Source of the DNA: an uncultured Solirubrobacteraceae bacterium
GTDB taxonomy: Bacteria > Actinomycetota > Thermoleophilia > Solirubrobacterales > Solirubrobacteraceae
Assembly: GCA_963697955.1 (NCBI GenBank)
Contig: OY969106.1
Span: 1,065,257 to 1,129,256, forward strand
Reading direction: 5' to 3'
DNA: 64,000 nt
The position numbers and the translations under genes are program-made. This document shows positions 27,352 to 37,282 of the stretch, piece after piece. Below the pieces are notes generated by a model that worked only from the letters and a program-made list of their open reading frames with translations, was not told the DNA's origin and ran no database searches. Every line of letters begins with the position of its first letter. The stretch's first letter is position 1.

Positions 27352-30338
27352 CAGCGTGCCCTGCCGTGACGTTTGTTGCGAGGGCGACGGCTCTTCTGGC
27401 GCGGCTTGGGATCTTCCTTGAGGACCAGGTCCTCAGGCGCAAGGTCCGCCGCCGGATCGCGCTCGGAAGACTCACTCTCGCGCTCGGGCGCCGGAGGAGC
27501 CTTCGTGGCCGCGCTCGCCCGGCCTCGGCCGCGGCCCGCCGAAGGCTTGGCCTCGACGTCGAGGTCACGAACCAGTTCCTGGAACTCGTCGCGGGAGATC
27601 TGCTGTCCGGGCTCCTCCGGAGCGATGATGCTGCCCCGCCGAGTTTTCCTGCGCTTGGTCTCGGTGGGCTCGACGTCCACGGGAGCACCCCCGACGGCCG
27701 TAGCGTAGGCGGGAACCGCTCCCGCTTCGCGCACGATCCGCGCCCGCCTGACCCGGAAGCCGGTCTCGCGCTCCTTCCAGTGTGTGAGCACAGGGGAGGC
27801 GATGAAGATCGATGAGTACGCACCCGAGGCGATCCCGATCAAGAGCGCGAAGGCGAAGTCCCTGAGCGTTTCCCCGCCGAAGAACAGCAGGGCGGCGACT
27901 GGAAGCAGCGTGCAGAAGCTCGTAGCCAGCGAACGGGTCAGCACCTCCGACATCGAGCGGTTGACGATCTGCGAGAAGGCAGCCCGCGGCATGCGCGGCA
28001 CGTTCTCGCGCACACGATCGAACACGATGATCGTGTCGTACAGCGAGTACCCCAGGATCGTCAGCAGAGCGGCAACCGTGGCCGTCGTGACTTCCCTCCC
28101 CGTGAGCGAATAGACCCCTGCCGTGATCAGCAGGTCATGCATCAACGCGATCAGCACCGGCACCGCGTACTTCCACTCGAAGCGCAGGGCGATGTAGACG
28201 GAGATCACCAGCAGCGAGGCGATGATCGCGATGATCGCGCTGTTGGCGACCGTTTTTCCGAACGTCGGACCGATCGAGGTCGAGGAGAAGTTCCTGATGC
28301 CGAACTTAGTGTCGAGCAGTTCGCGGACCTTGGAGACCTTTTCCGGCTTGAGCGTCTTGGTAGAGATCTGGTAGCCGGTGCCGCCGATGCTCTTGTTGAC
28401 GAACTTCTGGACCTGGGCCGTGCCGTAGCCGGCGCTCGACATCGCAGAGGCGACCTGATTCTCGCTGACGGGCTTGACGAACGCAGTCTGTATGCGGGTG
28501 CCGGACTTGAAGTCGATGCCGAAGTTCAAGCCGCTGCCGCCGATCGCGAGAGCCCCGATCGCGAGGATCGTGCCCGACAGCGAGAAGAACCACTTCGAAG
28601 CTCCCATGAAGTCGAACGTCCATCCGCGCCCGTGTCGCTCCGCACCGAGGGCGGCCGGATGGGAGATCAGCTTCGAGCGGCCCATCGAGCCGAGCGCGGC
28701 CTGGGTGGCGAGCACGGCGGTGAACAGCGAGACGAGCGTGCCGATGCCGAGCGTGAAGGCGAAGCCCTTGACTTCGGCCGTCGCGAGGGCGAACAGGATG
28801 AAGGCGGTCATGAACGTGACCACGTTGGCGTCCACGATCGCCGCAAATCCGCGCTTGTAGCCCGTGGCGATCCCCGAGATCACCGATCTTCCCCCACGGA
28901 TCTCCTCCTTCACGCGCTCGAAGATCACGATGTTGGCGTCGGCCGCGATCCCGATCGTGAGGATCAGCCCCGCGATGCCTGGAAGCGTGAGCGTGATCGG
29001 GATCAACTTGATCAGCGCGAAGTAATAGAGGCTGTAGATAACCAGCCCGCCGACCGCGATGGCGCCGAGCACGCGGTAGAAGATCAGCAGGAACAGGCAC
29101 ACCACCGCGAAGCCCGCGAGGCCCGCGATCAGCCCCTGGTTGAGCGCTGTTTTGCCGAGCGTGGCGGAGACCTGCGAGTTGGAGATCAGTTCGAGCTTGA
29201 TCGGCAGCGCGCCCGACTGCAGCTCCTGGGCCAGTTCCTGGGCCGAGGAGATCGTGAATCCGCCGGAGATCTGCGAGCCGGTGGAGGCATCGATGCCTTC
29301 CGGGTACTTGGTGTAGTCGATCGAGGGCGTCGTGATCAGCTGCCCGTCGAGCACCACCGCGAAGTGCTGTTGGGCCGCTTCCTTGTTAACCCCCGGAAGC
29401 TGGGCTTCCTGGCCGCGTTCGGCGATCTTCCTGGTGATCGATTCGAAGACCTTCTTGCCATGCGAGGTGAAGCCGAAGGTCACGTTCGGCGCACCCGTCC
29501 CCCCCGCGCCTTCGTCGAAGCCCTGCTGAGGGTTGGTGACATCCGAGCCGCTCAACACCGGATCGTCGTTGAGCACGTAGTAGCTGTTGGGACTTTTCTG
29601 GGTGATTTTGCCAGCGAGACCTTCGACTGGGCGCGCCTGCGCGAGCACCGTGCCCGGGTTGACCCGCACGGCCTTGACCTGCGTTCCCGGCGGCACCTTG
29701 TAGTCGGAGTAGAGGTTCCTTTCGGTTTCCTCCGGGCCCCGCAGCACCTTTTCGTGCTTCGGTTCGAGCAGGTACCAGCTGCCGTAGATACAGCTGCCGA
29801 TCTGCTTCTCGGTGCAGCCCGGCGCCCAGGTGGTGTCGGACCGTCGTAGGATCGGCGCGCGCTTGATCGCACGCTGGATCGCCTGGTACTCCCCGAGACC
29901 CCAGCGGGAGGTTCCTGCTTCTGGGCCACCGGTGACCGTGAATTCCGTTGCCGTCGCGGGGGCGCCGGTTGGGCCGATCACATTCGGCTCCCAGTCATAG
30001 AACTGCAGCTGCGCCGTTTTGCCGACCTCCTGTTCGGCGCGCCTGACGTTCGTGACGTTGGGCAGCGCCACATCGATTTCCCGTTCGCCGGAGCGCTGGA
30101 TTTCCGGCTGGGCCACCCCGAGCTGGTCGACGCGCTTGCGCATGATGTCGATCGCCCGGTTCAGCGATTCGGTGTTCACCTTCGACTGGGCCGTGGGCTT
30201 GCCCTGATAGACGAGCTCGACCCCGCCCTTGAGGTCCAGGCCGAGGCGAGTCTTTTTCGTGGCGATCACGGCAACCGACCCGGCGATGAGTCCGGCGACG
30301 ATCAACAGGATCAGGAGGTTGCGGCGGCGGTCGTGCAT
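27351..30338 (-). CDS. secDF: fused protein translocase SecDF
   Basis: LGLDLKGG, DANIVIFER, GIDFKSG, DTIIVFDR. Confidence 0.96.
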   Translation of the reverse strand: MHDRRRNLLILLIVAGLIAGSVAVIATKKTRLGLDLKGGVELVYQGKPTAQSKVNTESLNRAIDIMRKRVDQLGVAQPEIQRSGEREIDVALPNVTNVRRAEQEVGKTAQLQFYDWEPNVIGPTGAPATATEFTVTGGPEAGTSRWGLGEYQAIQRAIKRAPILRRSDTTWAPGCTEKQIGSCIYGSWYLLEPKHEKVLRGPEETERNLYSDYKVPPGTQVKAVRVNPGTVLAQARPVEGLAGKITQKSPNSYYVLNDDPVLSGSDVTNPQQGFDEGAGGTGAPNVTFGFTSHGKKVFESITRKIAERGQEAQLPGVNKEAAQQHFAVVLDGQLITTPSIDYTKYPEGIDASTGSQISGGFTISSAQELAQELQSGALPIKLELISNSQVSATLGKTALNQGLIAGLAGFAVVCLFLLIFYRVLGAIAVGGLVIYSLYYFALIKLIPITLTLPGIAGLILTIGIAADANIVIFERVKEEIRGGRSVISGIATGYKRGFAAIVDANVVTFMTAFILFALATAEVKGFAFTLGIGTLVSLFTAVLATQAALGSMGRSKLISHPAALGAERHGRGWTFDFMGASKWFFSLSGTILAIGALAIGGSGLNFGIDFKSGTRIQTAFVKPVSENQVASAMSSAGYGTAQVQKFVNKSIGGTGYQISTKTLKPEKVSKVRELLDTKFGIRNFSSTSIGPTFGKTVANSAIIAIIASLLVISVYIALRFEWKYAVPVLIALMHDLLITAGVYSLTGREVTTATVAALLTILGYSLYDTIIVFDRVRENVPRMPRAAFSQIVNRSMSEVLTRSLATSFCTLLPVAALLFFGGETLRDFAFALLIGIASGAYSSIFIASPVLTHWKERETGFRVRRARIVREAGAVPAYATAVGGAPVDVEPTETKRRKTRRGSIIAPEEPGQQISRDEFQELVRDLDVEAKPSAGRGRGRASAATKAPPAPERESESSERDPAADLAPEDLVLKEDPKPRQKSRRPRNKRHGRAR

Positions 30339-30350
30339 GCTCAGAGCAGA

Positions 30351-30800
30351 CTACTTGTCAGGGGTCAAGACAAGCAACAGGCCACCGTCGTCGTCGTAGG
30401 CGGGGAACATGTCGGCTTTGGCCGCGGCCGCCACGTCGCGTTCGCCGCTCACCTCCACCTGGACCTCCAGGGCTCGCACCCCCCACTCCAGGACGGTGGC
30501 CACTGGATCGTCGCCGTTGGAGAAGCGCAGGCCGAGAACCTCCTCGACGCGCTGGCCGATGACCTTTTCCTCCTCCAGCCCCGTGAACGCAAAGGAGTTC
30601 TTGCCGCAGCCCACCACCCGACCCTCCCCGTCACAGACGAAGAACGCGGCATCGGGGGCCGGGTAGTAGTCGTCGAGGAGTTCGAACAGGAAGGCGAAGC
30701 CGCACTTCGTGCAGCCCTTGCGCTGGCGCGTGAAGCCGAGATTGCGATCGAGCTCGCTGGTGCGATGACCGCAGTTTGGGCAGATGAAGGGATGGGCCAT
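30351..30800 (-). CDS. Zn-ribbon + PAS-like domain protein
   Basis: CPNCG...CTKCG followed by a PAS-like FFVCDGEGRVV...FTG...VIGQ. Confidence 0.75.
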   Translation of the reverse strand: MAHPFICPNCGHRTSELDRNLGFTRQRKGCTKCGFAFLFELLDDYYPAPDAAFFVCDGEGRVVGCGKNSFAFTGLEEEKVIGQRVEEVLGLRFSNGDDPVATVLEWGVRALEVQVEVSGERDVAAAAKADMFPAYDDDGGLLLVLTPDK

Positions 30801-30883
30801 GGTGTCTCTATACACAGACTACGCAAGCCGGGGTCAGGAGGCCCCCGCACGCCCAAGGGCCCCTGTGGAGACTCGCCGCTCAC

Positions 30884-31909
30884 TCAGAACAGCTGCTGCC
30901 CGGCCGGCACGGGCGGCTCCAGGCCGAGGTGCACGAAGGCTGACGGGGTGGCGGCGCGCCCGCGCGGCGTGCGCTTGATCAGGCCCTCCTGCAGCAGATA
31001 TGGCTCATAGACGTCCTCGATCGTGTCCTGCTCCTCTCCGACCGCTACCGCCAGGGTCGAGAGGCCAACCGGCCCCCCATCGAACTTGGTGCAGATGATC
31101 TCGAGGATCCTCCGGTCGAGGCGATCGAGACCCCGCTCGTCCACCTCGAGCAGCTCCAGCGCCGCATGTGCCGCCGCGGCGGTGACCACGCCCTCCATGC
31201 GCACCTCGGCGAAGTCGCGTACACGCTTGAGCAGGCGGTTGGCCACCCGCGGCGTACCTCGGCTGCGGGCCGCGATCGCGAGCGCCCCATCGTCCTCCAG
31301 CCCGATCTCGAGGATGCCAGCCGAGCGGCGCACGATGATCGCAAGCTCGGCTGTGGAGTAGGGCTCGAGCCGTGCCTGGATGCCGAAGCGATCGCGCAGC
31401 GGTGTGGTCAGCAGACCGGTGCGGGTGGTGGCTCCCACGAGCGTGAAGGGCGGCAGCTCGAGCGTCACCACGCGTGCGCCCGCCCCCTGCCCCACAGTGA
31501 TCGGCAGGCGATGATCCTCCATCGCCGGGTAGAAGGTCTCCTCAAGCGTGCGCGCCAGCCGGTGGATCTCATCGACGAAGAACACGCTGCGGGGCTCCAG
31601 GGCTGTGAGGAAGGATGCGATGTCTCCCTTGCGCTCCAGCGCAGGCCCCGCCGTCTGCACGAACGGCACTTCGAGCTCTGCCGCCACGATCTGTGCCAGC
31701 GAGGTCTTGCCGAGACCCGGAGGCCCGGCAAGCAGCAGGTGGTCGAGCGCCTCGCCACGGGCGCTGCATGCCTCGATCGCCACCGAGAGCTGCTGGCGCA
31801 GGGTCTGCTGGCCCACGAACTCCTCCAGCCGGCGCGGGCGCAGCGAGCGGTCGAGCTCATCCTCCGCCACCAGATAGGGCGTCTGGATGCGGGCTACGGC
31901 CTCAGTCAT
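30884..31909 (-). CDS. ruvB: Holliday junction helicase RuvB
   Basis: [19 protein letters not shown]. Confidence 0.97.
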   Translation of the reverse strand: MTEAVARIQTPYLVAEDELDRSLRPRRLEEFVGQQTLRQQLSVAIEACSARGEALDHLLLAGPPGLGKTSLAQIVAAELEVPFVQTAGPALERKGDIASFLTALEPRSVFFVDEIHRLARTLEETFYPAMEDHRLPITVGQGAGARVVTLELPPFTLVGATTRTGLLTTPLRDRFGIQARLEPYSTAELAIIVRRSAGILEIGLEDDGALAIAARSRGTPRVANRLLKRVRDFAEVRMEGVVTAAAAHAALELLEVDERGLDRLDRRILEIICTKFDGGPVGLSTLAVAVGEEQDTIEDVYEPYLLQEGLIKRTPRGRAATPSAFVHLGLEPPVPAGQQLF

Positions 31910-31921
31910 CCTCGCGGCCCC

Positions 31922-32521
31922 TCACGAGCCGCTCCGCGCCAGCCGCAGTGCGTGTCCGAGCAGATCCTCAGCGGTCTCGCCCTCCGCCTCGGAGAGCAGC
32001 TCATCCGCCTCATCGGGTCCGTAGCCGAGCTCGAGGAGTCCTTCGCGCGCCAGCATCCGCGGCTGGACCGACCCACCCCGCCGGGCCACGATCGGCGTCC
32101 GACCACCCGCGGGCGCCTCGACCCCCACCTTCTCGCGCAGCTCCACGATGATCCGTTCGGCCGTGCGCTTGCCGATCCCGGGAACGGCCTGGAAGCGAGC
32201 GGAGTCGCCGGCGGCGAGCGCGCCGATCAGCTCGCGCGGAGTGCCCGCCGAGAGCACCGCGAGCGCCACCTTCGGGCCGACCGCCTGGACGGAGAGCAGC
32301 ATCAGGAACAGGTCGCGCTCCTGCTCGGAGTGAAAGCCGTAGAGCGCCAGCGCGTCGTCGCGAACGATCAGATGGGCGTGCAGGGTCGCCTCCTCACCGA
32401 CGGCGGGCACGTGGCGAAGCGTCTCGGCCGAGACGGCGGCGCGATATCCCACGCTCCCGCACAGCAGCACCACGTGGTCGACGCGCCGGACCGCCACCTC
32501 GCCACGCAGCAGCGAGATCAT
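31922..32521 (-). CDS. ruvA: Holliday junction protein RuvA
   Basis: MISLLRG start, LYGF, HhH motifs VGPK and PGIGKRTA. Confidence 0.96.
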   Translation of the reverse strand: MISLLRGEVAVRRVDHVVLLCGSVGYRAAVSAETLRHVPAVGEEATLHAHLIVRDDALALYGFHSEQERDLFLMLLSVQAVGPKVALAVLSAGTPRELIGALAAGDSARFQAVPGIGKRTAERIIVELREKVGVEAPAGGRTPIVARRGGSVQPRMLAREGLLELGYGPDEADELLSEAEGETAEDLLGHALRLARSGS

Positions 32522-33018
32522 GCCCCCACCCGCGCGAGCGCGCTCAACAATGGAGCGCTGTTGGCATGGCAGACCGCCACAGCCAGCGCATCGGCGGCGT
32601 GGTCGGGGCGGGGCTCCTCGTGCAGGCCGAGCAGCACCTTCACCATCCGCGCCACCTGATCCTTCTGGGCACGTCCGTTGCCGCAGACCGCGCCCTTGAC
32701 CTGCTGGGGCGTGTAGCTCGCGCACGGCACTCCACATTGGCCGGCGGCGAGCATCACCACGCCGCGGGCCTGTCCCACGGCGAAAGCGGTGCGCACGTTC
32801 TGGCCGAAGTAGAGCTGCTCCAGAGCAACGGCATCGGGGGAGTGCTCTGCGATCAGCGCCTCCACCCCCGCATGGATGTCAGCGAGGCGTCGCTCCTGGG
32901 GGATCCCGGCGGCGGTCTGGATCACGCCACCGTCGAGCGCCGCCAGGCGCCCGGCCCGGCGGATGACCACGCCGTAGCCGGTGTTGGCCAGGCCGGGATC
33001 TATGCCGAGGACGATCAC
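32518..33018 (-). CDS. ruvC: crossover junction endonuclease RuvC
   Basis: LGIDPG, GQARG, DHAADALA. Confidence 0.96.
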   Translation of the reverse strand: MIVLGIDPGLANTGYGVVIRRAGRLAALDGGVIQTAAGIPQERRLADIHAGVEALIAEHSPDAVALEQLYFGQNVRTAFAVGQARGVVMLAAGQCGVPCASYTPQQVKGAVCGNGRAQKDQVARMVKVLLGLHEEPRPDHAADALAVAVCHANSAPLLSALARVGA

Positions 33019-33073
33019 GAGAGGGGATTCTGCGCCCATCACCGGACGCCTGCCTCACGTACTCTGCGCTGCG

Positions 33074-34192
33074 ATGACCGAGCAACACATCGACTTCGAG
33101 GCCGAGGGACTGCTCGACGGACTGGCCGGGGATCAGCGTGCGGAGCGCCTCGCGCTGCTCGAGCAGCTCGCCGGCGAAGGGGTTCCGCTGTCAGAGCTCC
33201 GGCGCACGACCGCGAGCGGAACGGTGTTCCTGCTCCCGGCCGACCGCGTGATCGTGGGCAGCGAGCGCTACACGGCAGCCCAGGTGGCGGCACTGAGCGG
33301 CGTCGACATCGACTTCCTCACCGCCGCCCGGAGGGCGATGGGACTGCCGGTACCCGAGCCCCACGAGGCCTTCTACACCGAGGCCGAGCTCGAATCGGCC
33401 CGCCGGATCCACATCGCCCACGAGGCGGGCATCTCCAACGAGGACATCCTCGAGCTCTTGCGCGTGCTCAGCCGCGGCCTCTCCCAGGCTGCCGAAGCGC
33501 TGCGCGCCTTCCCGCTGAAACTCGTGCTCGAGCCGGGCATGAGCGAGCGCGACCTGGCCAGCCGCTACGGGCAGGCGACGGCCCAGCTCTACCCGCTGGT
33601 CGATCCGATGGTCAGCAACCTGCTCGCTCTGCACCTGCGTCACAGCACGCAGACCGAGGTCATCAGCGCGCTGGAGCGCAGCGGTGGCCAGCTACCCGGC
33701 TCGCGCGAGGTGGCCATCGGCTTCGCCGACCTCGTGGGCTTCACCCGCCTGGGCGAGGAAGTCTCACCCGACGAGCTGGGGCGCCTGGCTGTGCGCCTGG
33801 AAGAGCTCGCCACAAACGCCGCCGAGCCGCCCGTGCGCCTGGTGAAGACCCTCGGCGACGCCGCCATGCTCGCCTCGCCCGAGCCCGGGCCGCTGCTGGA
33901 GGCGACGCTGAGGCTGCTCGAGGCCGCCGACGCGGAGGGCGAGGAGTTCCCCCAGCTGCGCGCAGGAGCCGCGCTCGGCGACGCGCTGCCCAGAGCGGGC
34001 GACTGGTTCGGCAGACCGGTCAACCTCGCCAGCCGTATCACCTCCATCGCCCGCCCGGGATCGCTGCTGGCGGAGCGCAATGTGCGCGAGGCCGCAGGCG
34101 AGGGCTACAGCTTCTCCTTCGCCGGCGAACGTCGCCTACGCGGGATCCGCCAGCCGGTCGCGCTCTATCGCGCGCGCCGGGTGCTCGCCTGA
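33074..34192 (+). CDS. class III adenylate cyclase with N-terminal regulatory domain
   Basis: FADLVGFT, VKTLGDA, DWFGRPVNLASR (ATP-type K/D residues). Confidence 0.9.
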   Translation: MTEQHIDFEAEGLLDGLAGDQRAERLALLEQLAGEGVPLSELRRTTASGTVFLLPADRVIVGSERYTAAQVAALSGVDIDFLTAARRAMGLPVPEPHEAFYTEAELESARRIHIAHEAGISNEDILELLRVLSRGLSQAAEALRAFPLKLVLEPGMSERDLASRYGQATAQLYPLVDPMVSNLLALHLRHSTQTEVISALERSGGQLPGSREVAIGFADLVGFTRLGEEVSPDELGRLAVRLEELATNAAEPPVRLVKTLGDAAMLASPEPGPLLEATLRLLEAADAEGEEFPQLRAGAALGDALPRAGDWFGRPVNLASRITSIARPGSLLAERNVREAAGEGYSFSFAGERRLRGIRQPVALYRARRVLA

Positions 34193-34969
34193 CTCCCAAA
34201 GCCGCCACGGAGCGCTGCCCGAGGCCCACATGTCGTTGAGCGCCACCGCGTCCTTGTAGGTGTCCATGCACTCCCAGAAGCCTTCGTGGCGGTGCGCGCG
34301 CAGCTCGCCAGCGGCGGCCAGTCGCTCCAGGGGGGCGCGCTCGAGCACGCTGTCGGGCTCCAGGTAGTCGAGGACGGCGGCGGCGAAGCAGAAGAAGCCA
34401 CCGTTGATCCAGTGCTCCGAGCGGGGCTTCTCGCGGAAGCCGCGAACGCGGCCGTCGGGCTCCAGCTCGGTGACCCCGAACTGCAACTCGGGACGCACCA
34501 CTGTCATCGTCGCCAGCGAACCGTGCTCGGCATGGAAGTCGAGCAGCGCGTCGAGATCGATGTCGGCGACACCGTCGGCATAGGTGGCGCAGAACAGCTC
34601 ATCCTCGGCGAGATGACCGGCGAGACGCGCGATGCGCCCCCCCGTCTGGGTCTCGAGGCCCGTGTTCACGCACTCCACGCTCACCCCGTCCGGCCACGCG
34701 TGGGTGGCGACGAAGCGCTCGATCAGCTCACCCTTGTAACCGGTGGCGAGCAGGAAGCGGGTGAAGCCCTGCACCGCATACAGCTGGATCACATGCCACA
34801 CGATCGGCATGCCGCCGATCTCCACCAGCGGCTTGGGGATCTCCTGGGTGTGCTCCTGCAGGCGCGTTCCCCGTCCCCCGCACAGGATCGCGACCGGCGG
34901 TCGATCAGCGGAAGAGGGGCCCGGCTGGCCGGCATCCAGCCGGCTGCGCCACCCTCTAGCCTGCGACAC
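34136..34969 (-). CDS. glucose-1-phosphate cytidylyltransferase-like nucleotidyltransferase
   Basis: ILCGGRGTRL, PKPLVEIGG, TYADG, FWECMDT. Confidence 0.88.
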   Translation of the reverse strand: MSQARGWRSRLDAGQPGPSSADRPPVAILCGGRGTRLQEHTQEIPKPLVEIGGMPIVWHVIQLYAVQGFTRFLLATGYKGELIERFVATHAWPDGVSVECVNTGLETQTGGRIARLAGHLAEDELFCATYADGVADIDLDALLDFHAEHGSLATMTVVRPELQFGVTELEPDGRVRGFREKPRSEHWINGGFFCFAAAVLDYLEPDSVLERAPLERLAAAGELRAHRHEGFWECMDTYKDAVALNDMWASGSAPWRLWESGEHPARAIERDRLADPA

Positions 34970-35705
34970 GTTCGAGCACGTCTGCCGCGACGTCGAAGTT
35001 GGCGTGCACGGCGCTGACGTCGTCTGAGTCTTCCAGCGACTCGATCAGGCGCATCAGTTTGCCGGCCTGCGCCTCGTCGACCGGCACCACGCTGGAGGGG
35101 CGGTAGGAGGTCTCGGCGCTCTGCATCTCCACGCCCGCCTCCTCGAGCGCCTTGCGCACAGCTGTGAAATCCGTCGGCTCGGTGATCACCTCGAAGACAC
35201 CCTCGTCGATCGAGATGTCCTCGGCGCCGGCCTCCACGGCCGCCATCAGCTCGTCTTCGGTGTAGCGCTCGGCGTCGATCACGATCGTGCCCTTCTTGTC
35301 GAACAGGTAGGCCACCGAGCCCGGCTCGCCGAGGCTGCCGCCGTTCTTGGCGAACGCGTGGCGGACGTCGGCGCCCGTGCGGTTGCGGTTCTCGGTCAGG
35401 GCCTCCACCAGCACGGCCACCCCGCCGGGTCCGTAGCCCTCGTAGAGAACGCTCTCGATCGCATCGGCCTCCCCCCCCTCGCCGGTGCCCTTGGCGATGG
35501 CGCGCTCGATGTTCTCCTTCGGCATCGAGGCTTCCTTGGCCTTGCGGATGGCCAGGTCCAGCGCCGGGTTGCCATCGGGGTCCCCGCCACCGTCGCGCGC
35601 CGCCACCGTGATGGCACGGGTGAGCTTGGAGAAGTGCGCGCCCCTGCGCGAGTCCACAATCGCCTTCTTGTGCTTGATGCTCGCCCACTTGGAGTGTCCT
35701 GACAT
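34956..35705 (-). CDS. yebC: YebC/PmpR family protein
   Basis: MSGHSKWASIKHKK, YEGYGPGG. Confidence 0.97.
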   Translation of the reverse strand: MSGHSKWASIKHKKAIVDSRRGAHFSKLTRAITVAARDGGGDPDGNPALDLAIRKAKEASMPKENIERAIAKGTGEGGEADAIESVLYEGYGPGGVAVLVEALTENRNRTGADVRHAFAKNGGSLGEPGSVAYLFDKKGTIVIDAERYTEDELMAAVEAGAEDISIDEGVFEVITEPTDFTAVRKALEEAGVEMQSAETSYRPSSVVPVDEAQAGKLMRLIESLEDSDDVSAVHANFDVAADVLERVAG

Positions 35706-35774
35706 GCCCTGGAGTCTACGAATCCGCCACAGAGGGAGCTTCCCGAGCAACTTCATCGCCCTGGAGCTCGGGGC

Positions 35775-35843
35775 GCATGTGGGACGCTTCCTCGCAGCCG
35801 GTGTATAGCCATGGCGATACATCAGCCGCGAGGAGACACATGC
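35775..35843. repeat. recurring 20-bp palindromic element, copy 2, in a long imperfect inverted repeat
   Basis: GCATGTG..TCCTCGCAGCCGG-TGTATAGCCATGGCGATACA-TCAGCCGCGAGGA..CACATGC; core 35802-35821. Confidence 0.85.
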
Positions 35844-35869
35844 ACGTAGGATGCGCTGCACTGCAGCCC

Positions 35870-37282
35870 ATGCCCGCCTCTCTCTCCCCCGACATCTTCA
35901 AGGCCTACGACATTCGCGGGCTATACGGCGAGCAGATCGACGGCGACGTGGCCGAGTTGATCGGAAGCGCCTTCGCACGGGTGCTCTCCAGCCTCGCCGG
36001 CAAGCCCGTGGGCGAGCTGCGGATCGGACTGGGACGCGACATGCGCCTGAGCGCCCCTGAGCTGGCCGGGCGCTACCGCCACGGCCTGCTGAGCGAGGGA
36101 GTGCACGTCCTCGACGCGGGGCAGGTGGGCAGCGAGATGCTCTACTTCATGGTCGGCTCGCGCAAGCTGGACGGGGGGCTGATGTGCACGGCCTCCCACA
36201 ACCCCAAGGCCTACACCGGCGCCAAGCTCGTGCGTGAGGGCGCGATCGCCCTGTCCGGCGACACGGGCATCCAGGACATCCGCCGCGAGGTGGAAGCGCA
36301 GCTCGAGGCCCCCACTCCCAGCAAGGAGGGCGAGCCAAGGGGCACTGTCGAGGATGTGGATCTCTTCGGGGAGTTCCAGACCGCGGCGCTGCGCTTCATC
36401 GACGCCGACGCGGTGCGCTCGGCCAGGCCGCTGAAGGTGGTGCTCGATGGGGGCAACGGGATGGCGGGGCCGATGGTGGGCCCGCTGCTGGAGAGCCTCG
36501 ACCTCGAGCTGATCGAGACCTACTGGACACCCGACGGCAACTTCCCCGACCACGAGCCCAACCCGCTGCTGCCCGAGAACCGCAAGTTCATCATCGAGAA
36601 GGTCCGCGAGACGGGCGCCGACCTGGGCATCGCCTGGGATGGGGACGCCGACCGCTGCTTCTTCATCGACGAGACCGGCGAGTTCGTGGACGGCGACTTC
36701 CTCACCGCGCTGCTGGCCGAGTCGCTGCTGGGCAAGGTGTCGAACCCAAACCATCCCGAAGCGATCCTCTACGACGTGCGCGCCTCGCGGGCGGTGGCGG
36801 ACACGGTGCGCGCGGCCGGCGGCGTTCCCTATGTGAACCGCGTCGGACACGCCTTCTTCAAGACGCGTATGCGCAAGGAGGGCTCGCTGTTCGGCGGAGA
36901 GGTATCCGGCCACTACTACTTCCGCGACTTCTACTGCGCCGACTCGGGAACCATCCCCGCGCTGCTCGTGCTCGAGCTGCTCGCCCGCGAGGGCAAGTCG
37001 ATGTCCGCCCTGCTCGAGCGCTACCGCAGCCTCTATTTCATCTCCGGGGAGGTCAACTCGGAGGTGGCCGATGCGGACGCCAAGATGGAGGAGATCGCCG
37101 CGCGCTATTCCGATGCGCGCCAGGAACGCCTCGACGGGATCTCGATCGACTACGAGGACTGGCACTTCAACGTGCGCTCATCCAACACCGAGCCGCTGCT
37201 GCGCCTGTGCCTGGAGTCGCTGGTCTCCCACGAGGACATGGAGCGCCGTCGCGACGAGGTGCTGGCGCTGATCCGCTCGTGA
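35870..37282 (+). CDS. phosphomannomutase/phosphoglucomutase (alternative in-frame ATG at 35840)
   Basis: FKAYDIRG, TASHNP, DGDADR, GEVSGH. Confidence 0.95.
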   Translation: MPASLSPDIFKAYDIRGLYGEQIDGDVAELIGSAFARVLSSLAGKPVGELRIGLGRDMRLSAPELAGRYRHGLLSEGVHVLDAGQVGSEMLYFMVGSRKLDGGLMCTASHNPKAYTGAKLVREGAIALSGDTGIQDIRREVEAQLEAPTPSKEGEPRGTVEDVDLFGEFQTAALRFIDADAVRSARPLKVVLDGGNGMAGPMVGPLLESLDLELIETYWTPDGNFPDHEPNPLLPENRKFIIEKVRETGADLGIAWDGDADRCFFIDETGEFVDGDFLTALLAESLLGKVSNPNHPEAILYDVRASRAVADTVRAAGGVPYVNRVGHAFFKTRMRKEGSLFGGEVSGHYYFRDFYCADSGTIPALLVLELLAREGKSMSALLERYRSLYFISGEVNSEVADADAKMEEIAARYSDARQERLDGISIDYEDWHFNVRSSNTEPLLRLCLESLVSHEDMERRRDEVLALIRS

